Program-made: the position numbers and the translations under genes
The notes under the pieces: generated by a model
The model's database searches: none
What the model saw: the letters and a program-made list of their open reading frames with translations, nothing else
What the model was told of the DNA's origin: nothing
Assembly: GCA_965219415.1 (NCBI GenBank)
Contig: CBDCNP010000002.1
Coordinates: 608,001 to 672,000, forward strand
From: Candidatus Marinacidobacterales bacterium
GTDB lineage: Bacteria > Acidobacteriota > Vicinamibacteria > Marinacidobacterales > DATDRI01
Direction of reading: 5' to 3'
DNA: 64,000 bases
Shown: positions 48,014-58,709 of the stretch, one piece after another
Layout: each line of letters begins with the position of its first letter
How positions within the stretch are numbered: the stretch's first letter is position 1

Positions 48014-49048
48014 GTGGATTACAAGAATTACTACCAGACGCTCGGCGTCTCGAAGGGTGCGAGTGAAAAGGAAATCAAGCAGGCGTATCGACGCCTGGCA
48101 CGTAAACACCATCCCGATGTGAACCCCGGTGATCGCGGGGCCGAAGTCCGCTTCAAGGAGATCAACGAGGCCCACGCAGTCCTTTCGGACTCCGACAAAC
48201 GACAGAAATACGATCAACTCGGCGCCAATTGGCAGCAGTACGAGCGGGTCGCGCAGCAAGGTGGTGGAGGTGGCTTTCCACCGGGATTCGAAGGATTCCA
48301 CGTCGAGTTCGAGGGTCAGCCCAGTGCGGAAGGGTCTGGAGCTTTCTCTGACTTTTTCAAGATTTTCTTCGGCGGTGACTTCGATGCCGATTCAGTCTTT
48401 GGAGGGGCCGGACCCGAATCGGGGCGACGCCGGGGACGGAGGGGCGCGCGCCGGGGACCCCGGGGAGGCGGATTCGGTTTCGATCCGCCCGCGTCCAAAG
48501 GCCGTGACGCTTTCGCGCCTCTGGAGATTAGCCTAGAAGATGCGTTTCGTGGAAGCCAAAGGCGACTCGCTCTACAGGGGCATCCGGGTTCGCCCCAGCA
48601 GCAGATCGAGGTCAAAGTCCCGCCGGGAGTGAAGGACGGCTCTCGAGTACGTGTGGCCGGCAAGGGTGAGCCCGGGGTCGGCGGAGCTCCTGCGGGAGAT
48701 CTTTACCTCGAAGTCAAGCTTCATCCTCATTCGCTCTATCGTCGTCAAGGCGACGATCTCTGCGTCGACGTCCCGGTAACGGTGAGCGAAGCGGCGCTCG
48801 GCGCCGAAGTAGAGGTCCCCACTTTTTCCGGCAAGACGCGCATCAAGATCCCCGCCGGCTCTCAAAGCGGAAGGCTGCTACGGCTCCGTGGAAAAGGCAT
48901 GCCGCAGCTCAAGAAGAAGGGTCACGGCGACCTGTTTGCGAGAGTGAAAGTCGTCACACCCACGGAGCTTTCCGAAAAGGAACGCGCACTTCTCGAAGAG
49001 CTGCGCGATCTAGGCTCGGCGGACCCGCGGGCGCATTTCGCGAGCTGA
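48014..49048 (+). CDS. DnaJ-class chaperone without zinc finger (CbpA-like)
   Basis: HPD J-domain, G/F-rich linker, C-terminal domain, no CxxCxGxG repeats. Confidence 0.9.
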   Translation: MDYKNYYQTLGVSKGASEKEIKQAYRRLARKHHPDVNPGDRGAEVRFKEINEAHAVLSDSDKRQKYDQLGANWQQYERVAQQGGGGGFPPGFEGFHVEFEGQPSAEGSGAFSDFFKIFFGGDFDADSVFGGAGPESGRRRGRRGARRGPRGGGFGFDPPASKGRDAFAPLEISLEDAFRGSQRRLALQGHPGSPQQQIEVKVPPGVKDGSRVRVAGKGEPGVGGAPAGDLYLEVKLHPHSLYRRQGDDLCVDVPVTVSEAALGAEVEVPTFSGKTRIKIPAGSQSGRLLRLRGKGMPQLKKKGHGDLFARVKVVTPTELSEKERALLEELRDLGSADPRAHFAS

Positions 49049-49597
49049 GCGAACCGACTAACCAGACCCTCCTACCGTTACCATGACCTTCGCGGCATAG
49101 CTTGCAGGGTCGATGCGTTTTGCCGATTCGGTCTGCGGATCGAGCTAGGTGATCGTGATGGACAGTTCCTCGAATTCCTGCGTATCGCTACCGCCCGGCG
49201 GAACCCTGAGCGTTAGATCGGTGGTACCGCCGCCTCGGGAAGCCCGGAAGATCACAACCGCCTCGCCGGCGACGACGCGATTCGCGTCCTTCGGGCAGCG
49301 AGAGTCCCAAGCGACGCAGCATCTCGAGGAGCCGAGCAGCCTGTGGACGGAGAACCCCATGCTCCTTTCGGCGTCTGAGTCGAGACCGGTGCTTTTTTCT
49401 CCACCTCTGGGCGCCTGACGGTTTTCTTTAACGGGCCTGCTGTTCGATTTGCGCGGCGAGCTCGAAGAATCTCTCGATGTATTGTCGGAGCTTCTCTCTT
49501 TCCCCTGAGCCGAGATTCACGAAGGCGACGCCTACCCCGGCGGGCCGACTCTCTGTTTGGGGTGTGACCTGGTTGTTGGACCAAACCACCTTGGCCT

Positions 49598-49790
49598 CTA
49601 CCTCGAGTTTGCCGAGATTCCACCCATGGAGCTCACCATGATGATGCGGGCCGCTCGATCTTGGGCCACGATGCCCTCCACGGCCTCGATACCTTCCATC
49701 TCCGGCATAGTGATATCCATCAACACCAGATCAGGCCGCAGCTTTACGTACTTCTTGATCGCCTCGCGCCCGTTGGCGGCGAACCCGGCG
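49598..49790 (-). pseudogene. CheY-like response-regulator receiver fragment
   Basis: Own translation GFAANGREAIKKYVKLRPDLVLMDITMPEMEGIEAV...IIMVSSMG; the 5' part is lost at the repeat starting at 49800. Confidence 0.7.
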
Positions 49791-49799
49791 GGTTTTCCA

Positions 49800-49905
49800 C
49801 CCCGTCCTGTGCCAAAACTCGGCCTTTTTGAAATAGGCCATAAATCAGCAACTTAGTGTCTGTGTTTGCGACCGGGCCAAGGGCCGTGGGCTTTACAATC
49901 GTCTT
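49800..49905 (+). repeat. ~105-bp element-end repeat, copy 1
   Basis: CCCCGTCCTGTGCCAAAACTCGGCC...TTTACAATCGTCT; near-identical inverted copy at ~51127-51232. Confidence 0.85.
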
Positions 49906-50031
49906 GGGCGGGCGGGTCGTCACCATGCAGATGACCACCTAGTCGAGAGCGAATATCGAAGCGTGTTCCTGAAGCGGTTTCCACGCTACGCCGGTCGAGC
50001 CCGCCGAGTGGCTACCGTCGCCGGCGACCAT

Positions 50032-51101
50032 CTACGCGGCACGGCAGTAGTAGTTGAGAATGCCCCCAAGTCGCTCTCGCGACACGATGGGGCCAGCGTC
50101 ATTCGCGCTTGCCGGCAGAGGTGTGATGAGCTCGTTGCCGAGACCTTGGTGGTTCCGTTCTGTGTGATAGTGCACTACGTATTCGGTTACCGCTGTGCGC
50201 AGGTATCGCTCACTGAGAGGTACGAAGCGGTCGAGACACTCTCGACGTATGGAGAGAACGAATCTTTCCGCATATGCGTTCAGATTCGGACTATTAGCGG
50301 GAAGGCGAAGGGGCTTCACGCCTGAATCTCTCAACAGCCCACGTACCGCCTCGGTGAATAGCGGGTCCCGGTCGTGGATGAGGTATCGCTTGCCAAGGAG
50401 GAAACCATCCCACAGGTCAGTGAGGTTTCTTGCCACCTGCTTCATCCACTCCCCGTTGGGGTCCGACGTTATCCACCGATGCACACGCAGCGAGTGGCGA
50501 TATCGATGACAAACAGGACATGGTAGCGGACGAGCCCGAACGGGTTCACCACCTCGACGGTGAACAGGTCTGTCGCAGCGATAGCGCCCCAATGAGCCTT
50601 GATGAAGGTGCTCCACGACATGCTCCTGCCCCGCTCCGGAGCAGGAGCGATACCGTGCTCGGCGAGGATCCTCTTGATAGTATTGCGTCCGAGTTCATGT
50701 CCGAGGTTCTTGAGTGCATCCCGCAGGCGCGTATATCCCCACGTCGGGTTCTCCTGCGCCACGCGCACAATGAGCTCACGGATGTCCTTCGCCGTCGGAG
50801 GTCGGCCTGGACTCCGGTTCTTGCTGCCATCGTACCTGGCTGCGATGAGGTGGCGGTACCAGCGCACAAGCGTAGCGGGTGTGGCAACGGACGCAATCTG
50901 GGCCAACGCCTCGCGGCCCAAAGCCTGGGCCTTGACCGCGAGCCTGCGCCGGTCGTCGTCCGAGAGACTGAGACGCTTGCCCCGAAGCCCGGCTCGGAGC
51001 ACACGGTTCTCCTCTTGCTGGTAGTCGATCACATCCTGCTGCTGGCGGTTGACCCAGCCAGCTAGAACGAGCAGTAGGAATTGCACGTGGTACGTCATCA
51101 T
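50032..51101 (-). mobile_element. rve-type (integrase core, DDE) transposase; frameshift near 50470
   Basis: [53 protein letters not shown]. Confidence 0.85.
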
Positions 51102-51126
51102 GGAGCTGAAGATAACACCCTCGGGC

Positions 51127-51232
51127 CAGACGATTGTAAAGCCTACGGCCCTTGGCCCCGGCGCAAACACAGACACTAAGCTGCTGATTTATGGCCTATT
51201 TCAAAAGGGCCGAGTTTTGGCACAGGACGGGG
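51127..51232 (-). repeat. ~105-bp element-end repeat, copy 2 (inverted)
   Basis: AGACGATTGTAAAGCC...GAGTTTTGGCACAGGACGGGG. Confidence 0.85.
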
Positions 51233-51729
51233 ACGCGAGGAACGGTCGACATCACCCGCACGAGAAAGTAGATCGACCACACGTACCCCGCGGCGAAAGG
51301 GATGTCCTTGGGATTGTTGAAACCGTGCCCCCAAAAACGTGGGGTGAGCAAGAGCAGGAGCGTGGCGAGAAACGCCGTGCGCGCCGTGCCGATCTCACGG
51401 GCGAGAAACCAGCAACCGAGCGCGCCGGCGAAAGCTACGAGCGCGTTGAGAAGATGGCGGGAGTCGTAGACGTCGAGGGGCAGGAGCCGTTTCCCTACCG
51501 CACACAGCAGATCGAAAGCCGCGCCGTAGTAGTAGAGGTCGAGGTAGCGGAACGCCTCCCGATCACGAAAGCCGGACGCGAAGTACTCGTAGACGCCGTC
51601 CCCGTACCGCACGTGGGACGCTTCATCCCACGTCACACCGTAGTCGGTGAACGTGAGCGACACGACGGCCAGTGCGATCCCGAACAAGACCACGGACCAC
51701 CGACCGTAGGAGCTCGAGCGTGAGCTCAA
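51233..51729 (-). pseudogene. GT-C (ArnT/PMT-like) glycosyltransferase, truncated by the repeat element
   Basis: DYGVTWDE, YYYGAAFD, PRFWGHGFNNPKDIPFA; the frame runs into the repeat. Confidence 0.7.
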
Positions 51730-52259
51730 GACGCGACGGCTTCGACCGTGACCTCGAACCCCGCGTCCGAAAGATCGCTTTCGGAAACCTGGAAACGTTC
51801 GGCCGAAATGCCACGCGCCGCGAGACCGTCGAGGACGGCTTTGGCGCGCTCCCCTGGCGGTGCCGGGACTTCGAGCGGGCCACGGTGGCCTCGGATCTCG
51901 GCGGGAACGTCCGGATGGGCTTCGAGCCAGTTGGCGATGGAATCGAGCACGCGCTCCGCATCGTCGTCGATGGACGCCTCGCCCCGCCCGAAGACGACCG
52001 TCGCGCTCGGTCGTAGGACGTCGTCGAAAGACATGCTCGTCGGCGGAGCCTCGTCCACAATTTCGAGCGAGTAGTTCCCGTCCGTAGCCCAGACCTGGCA
52101 CCAGGTGTCTCCACAGCCGTCGTTGTCTTGACGGTAGACGACCACCATTTGCTGATCCTCTCCACCGTGCCGCTCGGTCGTCAGTTTGGATTGAGGCACG
52201 GGCGCGATTCTGGGACACGCCTCCAACGAGAGGGCCGGCAGGACGGCCGCGACGCTCAT
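51726..52259 (-). CDS. protein with an OmpA-like C-terminal domain (possibly partial)
   Basis: VVFGRGEASI...LDSIANWLEAHP...IRGH...ERAKAVLDGLAARGISAER. Confidence 0.55.
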   Translation of the reverse strand: MSVAAVLPALSLEACPRIAPVPQSKLTTERHGGEDQQMVVVYRQDNDGCGDTWCQVWATDGNYSLEIVDEAPPTSMSFDDVLRPSATVVFGRGEASIDDDAERVLDSIANWLEAHPDVPAEIRGHRGPLEVPAPPGERAKAVLDGLAARGISAERFQVSESDLSDAGFEVTVEAVAS

Positions 52260-52320
52260 GACGACATCCTACCTCACCTTGTCATCGGCCGGGGTTATCT
52301 ATACCATCGGCGTCACTTCC

Positions 52321-53928
52321 GTGAAGCGCGTCTCGTTCGGCCTTGCGATCGTCTTGCTCCTCGCCGCGACGCTTCGGCTCTGGGGGCTCGACTACGGCCT
52401 ACCGCACCCACTCTCCCGCCCAGACGAAGAGCGCATCGTCGGCCGCGCTCAGACGATCCTTGCGACCGGAGACTGGCACCCCGGAAGCTTTTTCTATCCG
52501 AGTCTTCTCTTTTATCTGGATACCGCGGCACTCGGGGCCTACTACGGTGTGCAGAAATCACGGGGACACTACGCGCGGCCTTTCGACTTCCTGTACGATA
52601 TCGCCGTCACACGCCCGGGCTTGCACTACCTCATCGGCAGGTGGGTTGGCGCCATCGCCGGTACCCTGACCGTGCTCGTCGTTTTCTTTCTCGGGACGGC
52701 GGTCTCTCGAAGCCGGGCCGTGGGCCTCGTCGCCGCTCTCCTTCTCGCGGTGTGCCACCTGCACGTCCGCGAATCCCACTTCGCCACCGTCGATGTCGTG
52801 ATGACACTCTTCGTCACCGTCTCGCTCCTCTTCGCCGTCCATGCGAGCTCGCGACCGACGACCTTCAACTACGTCCTTGCCGGGCTTTTCGCCGGCCTCG
52901 CCGCCTCGACGAAGTACAACGCCGGCTTGGTCGTCCTTTCTTTGTTGTCCGCGAGCTACTCCGTCTATCGGGCGTCGATGCTCGACAAACGGAACGTCGC
53001 CACCCGCCTCGCCGTCGCGGCGCTCGTTTCCGCCTCCGCCTTCGCCGTCACGTCACCCTACGTCTTGCTCCGCCACGAGGGCTTCCTCGCTAACATGAGC
53101 GGACTGAGCGCACTTCTCTACGAGCGTCACGCGGGGCTCGCGCTCTGGGACCACTTGAAGACGACGCTTCCGGCAGGACTCGGTTGGCCCCTGTTCTTGG
53201 CGTCGCTCGCCGGGCTCGCCCGCGCGCTGTGGCTTCGACGTCCCGCCGACGTCGTCATGCTCGCGTTCGTCGTCCCCTACTTCGTTCTCGTTTCCGGCGT
53301 ACGCGTCACCTTTCCGCGCTACATCGTCCCGATCGTTCCCGCGCTCGTCGTCCTCGCCGGGCTCGCCGTCGATTTCGTCCATGGGACCTCGTCCCGCTAT
53401 CGCTCCGCCGTCCTCGCCGCGGCCGCGCTCGTGCTCGCGGTTCCGACGCTCGTGAGCTCCGTCCGTTACGATCGCATCGCTTCGAAAAAAGATACGCGTG
53501 TTCTCGCCGCGGACTGGATCGCGGCGAACGTCACACCCCAGAGCCAGATTCTCGTTTGCCGTGGATACGGAGCTCCGCACGTCAACGAGGATCGAAGAAA
53601 GCCCCCCGCTTTCGTGGTCCGCGAGATCGACTGCAACGCCCCCGCTGCCACGGACGACTACCTCGTCACCCACGAGCACGAGCAGCTCGCGAGCTTCTCG
53701 AAAATCTCCCCGGCGTTGTCCGGCTGGCTCGACGCGAATGCACGGCTCCTCGCAAGCTTCGATCCGTACCGGGAAGGCAGCGAGACCGAGCCCGTCTTCT
53801 ACCGCGCCGACGCGTTCTACATTCCAATCGCCGGATACGACGCCGTGGTACGGGGTGGGCCCATCGTCAAGATCTGGAGCTTTGCGCCGAGCCGAGCGAT
53901 GACGCCGGCGGTTCCGAAGAAGGAATAG
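52321..53928 (+). CDS. GT-C glycosyltransferase family 39 (ArnT/PMT-like)
   Basis: [11 protein letters not shown]...[17 protein letters not shown]; many TM helices. Confidence 0.85.
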   Translation: MKRVSFGLAIVLLLAATLRLWGLDYGLPHPLSRPDEERIVGRAQTILATGDWHPGSFFYPSLLFYLDTAALGAYYGVQKSRGHYARPFDFLYDIAVTRPGLHYLIGRWVGAIAGTLTVLVVFFLGTAVSRSRAVGLVAALLLAVCHLHVRESHFATVDVVMTLFVTVSLLFAVHASSRPTTFNYVLAGLFAGLAASTKYNAGLVVLSLLSASYSVYRASMLDKRNVATRLAVAALVSASAFAVTSPYVLLRHEGFLANMSGLSALLYERHAGLALWDHLKTTLPAGLGWPLFLASLAGLARALWLRRPADVVMLAFVVPYFVLVSGVRVTFPRYIVPIVPALVVLAGLAVDFVHGTSSRYRSAVLAAAALVLAVPTLVSSVRYDRIASKKDTRVLAADWIAANVTPQSQILVCRGYGAPHVNEDRRKPPAFVVREIDCNAPAATDDYLVTHEHEQLASFSKISPALSGWLDANARLLASFDPYREGSETEPVFYRADAFYIPIAGYDAVVRGGPIVKIWSFAPSRAMTPAVPKKE

Positions 53929-54130
53929 GTGGTGGTGACGACTTCGTCGCCTGGGCCGATGCCGAGAGCCATGAGACTCATGAGAAGCGCGTCGGTCCCG
54001 GACGAGGCACCCACGCCAGCCCTCACGCCGCAAAGGCCCGCGCCGCTTCGTTCGATCCGCTCGATCTCCTCACCCAGGATATAGCTTCCGGTATCGAAGC
54101 ACCGCGCCAGGACTTCGTCCCGGATCGCCC
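53880..54130 (-). pseudogene. DegT/DnrJ/EryC1/StrS aminotransferase N-terminal fragment
   Basis: SYILGEE...[42 protein letters not shown], then similarity ends. Confidence 0.75.
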
Positions 54131-54256
54131 GTGCCGGGCTCCGAGATCGACGAGAGGGTTCTTCGACGTCATGGGTTCGTTTCCGGCACCATGATATCCG
54201 TTTGAAAGACGCCGGGGCCTGGAATAACATACGCACCAGCAACGCTAACCTGAGGA

Positions 54257-54281
54257 CCCCGTCCTGTGCCAGAACTCGGCT
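54257..54281 (+). repeat. short copy of the element-end repeat (copy 3)
   Basis: CCCCGTCCTGTGCCAGAACTCGGC. Confidence 0.75.
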
Positions 54282-54558
54282 GTGCCTTCTATTTATTCAT
54301 CCGCGCGCACCGAACTTGATTAATCTCTGGTCTGTCGGCACCATGCCGGCATGATTTCGTCGTTTGTTCGCGCTCTCATCTCTTGTGATCCGCAAAAAAG
54401 AAGATCGCGAATTGACGGGCAGACGGCCATGGGAGTTGAGGTCCCTGCGAACTCGTGTTCGCCTCGGTGGAGGTTCTGCACTCTGTCGCTGCCCGGGCCA
54501 CCGACGCAATAACGTGCTTCAGAAAGAACGCGTTGTTCCCCGGGAGAACCTAGCTCCG

Positions 54559-55002
54559 TCAGACGACGCGTGCCAACCGGTAATCGTGATGGAACCCACC
54601 AAGGACCGGCCTCGAGGCAACGGCGCGCTGGGCGGGTAATTGATGTCGGTGCTGGTCCGGTTTCATCGGAAGCTCGACACAGGGGGTGGGAAGGCTTGGG
54701 CCGAGCGATGAATGCGGTCTCGCCCGATTGTAGTAGTCACGCCATTCGGTCAAGAGTCGGCGGAGATGTTCCTCCGACAGCGGTATCAGAAAATCCAAGC
54801 ACTCCCGGCGTGTGGTGCCGATGAGTCTCTCACAATAGGCATTCGCCTGCGGTGCTCTGCGCGGCGTCCTCAACGGCCGAACACCCATCCCCCGGACGGA
54901 GCGGCGGAGGTCTGCTGAGAACTTCCCATCGCGGTCCACGATGACGAATCGATAGTCGTGCTCGCACCCAATCGCCTCCCGGAAACTGTTGCAGCGTCCC
55001 GT
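54559..55002 (-). pseudogene. rve-type transposase C-terminal fragment
   Basis: IVDRDGKF, PQANAYCERLIG, YNRARPHSSL, LGGFHHDY; cut by the IS5-family element. Confidence 0.8.
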
Positions 55003-56089
55003 TGCCTTGGTGCACAACTCTCGATCTCGGTCCACAATTGTCCTGTACTCGCGGATACGAGGTTCCCCATGAGCATTTTCAAACGCACTCAGCGGAAGTA
55101 TGTGAAGAAGGCCTATCGCGTGAGGAATTGGCGTGAATATGAGGCGGGTCTACGCAACCGCGGGAGCCTGACCGTCTGGATCTCGCTCACCGCCGGCAAG
55201 CTTGTGAACTGGGACGCGCCCCGGCCAAGGAGGAGGAAACCGGGCCGTCAACGCAAGTACTCGAACCACGCCATCGAGACGGCTGTCACCCTGGGCATGG
55301 TGTTTCATCTGTCATCTAGGCAGAGCGAGGGATTGCTGCGGTCGTTGTTCGCTCTGATGAAGCTAGACAATGATGTGCCCGATCACACCACGATCTCGAG
55401 GCGCAAGCCGAAGCTGGGTAAGGTCCCCTTCTACCAAGTCAAGCAGAAGACGCCGTTGCACATCTTGTTCGACAGCAGCGGTCTCGCTGTCCACGCCGGC
55501 CAGCTGCGCAGAGCACAAAAGAGCAGGGACTATCGCAAGCTCCATCTGTGTGTCGACGAGCAGAGTGGCGAAGTCGTCGCCGGCGAGCTGACGAGCAAAA
55601 GAGCCCGCGATTCATCGCGGGTTGCATCGCTTGTCGGACAGATCGACAGTCCCATCTCATCGGCCAGAGCTGACACCGCATACGACGCCGGCGGCGTCTA
55701 TGAGGCAATCGAGAATCACAGCGCTCATCGCTCGCCGAGGGTGCTGATACCGCCGCGCAAGGACGCCCTGCTCGCATCGGGGCCGGCGAGCAGCCGACAG
55801 CGCAATCGCAACATTGCAGCACAAGCTCGGCTCGGCAAACGAAAGTGGCACACAGAATCGGGCTACAGCAAACGGAGCAAAGTCGAGACAACGTTCCATC
55901 GCTACAAGGCTATCGTGGGCTCAGCGATGCGAGCGAGAGGGTTGGCGGCACAGAGAGGTGAGGCAAGGATCGGGTGCAAGATTCTCAACACCATGACGGC
56001 GCTCGGGATGCCTGATAGCGAGATGATCGGATGATGGGAGTCGGGGCCAAGCGAGCTCTCGGCCTCTATCGGAGTTGTGCACCAAGGCA
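55003..56089 (+). mobile_element. IS5-family (IS903-group-like) insertion sequence
   Basis: Perfect 18-bp terminal inverted repeats TGCCTTGGTGCACAACTC (55003-55020) / GAGTTGTGCACCAAGGCA (56072-56089); no target-site duplication. Confidence 0.9.
55069..56034 (+). CDS. IS5-family transposase
   Basis: YRVRNWREYEAGLRNRGSLTVW, PDHTTISRR, DSSG, ADTAYD, GYSKRSKVET. Confidence 0.92.
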   Translation: MSIFKRTQRKYVKKAYRVRNWREYEAGLRNRGSLTVWISLTAGKLVNWDAPRPRRRKPGRQRKYSNHAIETAVTLGMVFHLSSRQSEGLLRSLFALMKLDNDVPDHTTISRRKPKLGKVPFYQVKQKTPLHILFDSSGLAVHAGQLRRAQKSRDYRKLHLCVDEQSGEVVAGELTSKRARDSSRVASLVGQIDSPISSARADTAYDAGGVYEAIENHSAHRSPRVLIPPRKDALLASGPASSRQRNRNIAAQARLGKRKWHTESGYSKRSKVETTFHRYKAIVGSAMRARGLAAQRGEARIGCKILNTMTALGMPDSEMIG

Positions 56090-56411
56090 CCGTGACGATG
56101 GGCAGTTCCCAGACGTCCGGCACCAACTGCTGGAAGTGAAACTACAAACGTCGCCGACCATCGATCTCAGTTTGGTGTGTCCGGATAGTGGGGAAGCTTT
56201 GGACGTGCCGAGAATCAACGGCCTGCAGATTCGCCACTGCGATGTGCGCTATGCGCTGTTCTACGCGGAAACGGACGGGAGGAACGTGACGTTGACGCAT
56301 CTGTTTCTGACTACCGGCGAGAAATTCTTTACACGGTTCCCACAGTTCCAAGGCAAGGTTCTGAACAAGAAAATTCAGATACCGTTGCCTCTGAATTTTT
56401 TCAACGACTAG
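56090..56411 (+). pseudogene. type II restriction endonuclease C-terminal fragment
   Basis: GQFPDVRHQLLEVKLQTSPTIDL (PD-(D/E)xK); convergent with the methyltransferase; 5' end replaced by the IS. Confidence 0.65.
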
Positions 56412-56440
56412 CAATGAAATCACTGAAGAAGAGGGCGTGC

Positions 56441-58183
56441 TTAGTTTGATACGGGTGCACAGCCAGTAAAGGCTTTCCAGACTGTGGCGTTCAGTTCTTT
56501 CTGGAGCAGCTCAGCAATCGGCGATGGCGTACACTCGTATGTCCGCTTCGCTTTAGAAATGATGGCCCTACCAAGAGAGCTATGCGGATCGGGAAGGGAG
56601 AAATTTTCAACGTATTGCGTGATGAAACGCCGGCGGCCCGCATAGAGCTTGTTGTGAAATCGGAGGTCATAGAAGCGCTCGATGAAAGTAGAGTTAGCAA
56701 CGCCAGCCGCGAGCCATAGGAGGTCCATATCTGAAGGGTTCTGGCTGATAAGCCAATAGCAGTCCCCGTTGACAACATAACCATCCAGATCAATCCAGAA
56801 TGTCGGTTCATCCGCTATGTCCCGGAACACAAGTTTGGGTTGATCCCAAGCGTTCGGGTCTTGCGGGACCCAGATTTCATACCACTCGCGACCTGCCTGG
56901 ATGACGTATTTTCGACCTTCAAGAACCGGTCGTTGCGCCGCAAGATAGGCTCGACTGCGGGGATAGCGGGTTAGGTCAACGGCGCCGCGACGGCCCCCTA
57001 CAACCTCGTGCGGATAGAGGATGTGAATTGGCCGGTCAGAGGAGAGGGACTTGAAGCGGCGGGCAACATGGTGAGTAATGAGCGGCCTAAGAAGCTCGGG
57101 CCGGTCAATCGCGGCCATGTCCTGCCAGTCGTTGCGAATAAAAATCTTGTCTGCACAGGTCTTGACGCCGACACGTATCTTTCCGATGTCGCGGAAGGTT
57201 CCCCAACTATGGGCGTCCACGATCTTCAACCACGTGTCACTGGCCTTCGTGGCAATACGCCAAACACCGTCAGGTGTACCGTTCGTGTCGAGCTTGCCGT
57301 GCTGAACATGGAAGTGCCGTCCATCATCAATTTCGATGACGCCTTCGCCGTTGAGAGCATTGATCGGGTCGGCGGCCGACGCGGTCGCGGGTTCGGAGGT
57401 TTGGTAGATAGACGTGAACGCCGAAGTTGCCAGCTTGCAGCTGTTCTTCCCTTCAACAAGCAAGACGGCGGGCAGAACAGCAGCCTCAAAGAGCTTAGTG
57501 TCGCCCAAGTCCCAGGCGTGGCGGATGTTAAACCGGTCAAAGAGAGCCCGCCGGACAGACGCGCCGGACTTGGTAGTCATGAAGCGGTTGGAAATGATGA
57601 TTCCGGCGATTCCCTGAGGCTTGAGCACCTGGGAGATGCCGAGAACGAAAGCATAATAGAGGTCGACACGGCCGGAGAGGCCAAACTGTTCCGAGAGAAG
57701 CTGCGCCTGCGTCGCACCCATGATCTGTGTGCGTACATAGGGCGGATTCGCGATGATGAGGTCATAAGCCTCGGGAATGGCAGAGCGAAAAAGGTTGCCA
57801 TGACCGCTTGGTCCGAAGTGTTCAAGGATAAACTCAAGGAAGTTGTCGGATTCGAAGTGGAGGGAGACGCTGGGGAACCGTTGTTCGATCCGTTCCCTAG
57901 CAGTATCGAGAGCATCGGAGTCGGTCTCGAAACCATAGACTTCAATGCTTGCCTCCCATGGGCGGGGGAGGTGCTTAAGAAGGCTGACAAGAAGCTCTCC
58001 ATGGCCAATAGCAGGGTCAAGAATACGGAGTGAACGGTAGGAGGTTTGTTCCTCGAAGGCCTCTACAATCTGTTTTGACACAAAATCGGCGAGCACTTTG
58101 GGTGTGTAAACTGCACCATCGGCCTTCTCTTCGGTGACGATATCGTAGCGTTTCGTAAAGCGCGGGCGGCGCAGGGCTTCCAT
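56441..58183 (-). CDS. type II N6-adenine DNA methyltransferase (gamma class), M.BseCI/M.BanIII-like
   Basis: GAVYTP, LDPAIGHG, NPPY, then a TRD. Blocks NPPYVRTQ, GRVDLY, WYEIWVP and NKLYAGRRR match ATCGAT-specific MTases as recalled. Confidence 0.88.
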   Translation of the reverse strand: MEALRRPRFTKRYDIVTEEKADGAVYTPKVLADFVSKQIVEAFEEQTSYRSLRILDPAIGHGELLVSLLKHLPRPWEASIEVYGFETDSDALDTARERIEQRFPSVSLHFESDNFLEFILEHFGPSGHGNLFRSAIPEAYDLIIANPPYVRTQIMGATQAQLLSEQFGLSGRVDLYYAFVLGISQVLKPQGIAGIIISNRFMTTKSGASVRRALFDRFNIRHAWDLGDTKLFEAAVLPAVLLVEGKNSCKLATSAFTSIYQTSEPATASAADPINALNGEGVIEIDDGRHFHVQHGKLDTNGTPDGVWRIATKASDTWLKIVDAHSWGTFRDIGKIRVGVKTCADKIFIRNDWQDMAAIDRPELLRPLITHHVARRFKSLSSDRPIHILYPHEVVGGRRGAVDLTRYPRSRAYLAAQRPVLEGRKYVIQAGREWYEIWVPQDPNAWDQPKLVFRDIADEPTFWIDLDGYVVNGDCYWLISQNPSDMDLLWLAAGVANSTFIERFYDLRFHNKLYAGRRRFITQYVENFSLPDPHSSLGRAIISKAKRTYECTPSPIAELLQKELNATVWKAFTGCAPVSN

Positions 58184-58321
58184 TCGTTTTCGGCCTCCAT
58201 GATTTGAGAGCCGGGGGAACTTTACACTACTCATAGTCATCTGTTCGAAACAGGATGTCAATAGCACCGTGGAGGACACGGGGCCAGGATGGAGCCTCCG
58301 GCCAAGATAATGAGCCTACCG

Positions 58322-58405
58322 CGTCCTGTGCCAAAACTCGGCCCTCTTGAAATAGCCCATAAATCAACAGCTTAGAGTTTGTGTTTGTGACCGTGCCAAG
58401 GGCCG
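58322..58405 (+). repeat. diverged element-end repeat (copy 4)
   Basis: CGTCCTGTGCCAAAACTCGGCCCTCTTGAAATAGCCCATAAATCAACAGCTTAG...GCCAAGGGCCG. Confidence 0.8.
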
Positions 58406-58547
58406 AGCGCGAACAAACGACGAAATCATGTAGGCATGGTCCCGGCAGACCGGAGACCGATCAAGTTCGGGGCGCGCGGATGAAGAAATAGAAGGCACAG
58501 GGATCTCAACCTGACTCGAATGCCCCCCCATGTGCTGCTCGTGACTT

Positions 58548-58709
58548 TTCCCTGTTCTTCCAGAGCAATTCCCTGTTCAGTGATCTTAAATTCCCTGTTC
58601 TTTGGGAACAGGGAATGTCCACCTAACCATCTGAAATATAGAGCGTTACCATATGTGAAAATGGCCCCATGAGCCCCCAAAAAACTTAAATTCCCTGTTT
58701 TTCCCTGTT
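58548..58709. repeat. cluster of TTCCCTGTT motifs (5 direct, 1 inverted)
   Basis: Copies at 58548, 58569, 58591, 58691 and 58701; AACAGGGAA at 58607. Confidence 0.8.

Noticed and set aside
49145-49623. Short ORFs downstream of the DnaJ-class gene
   Set aside because: No recognisable domain, RBS or consistent frame; possibly debris.
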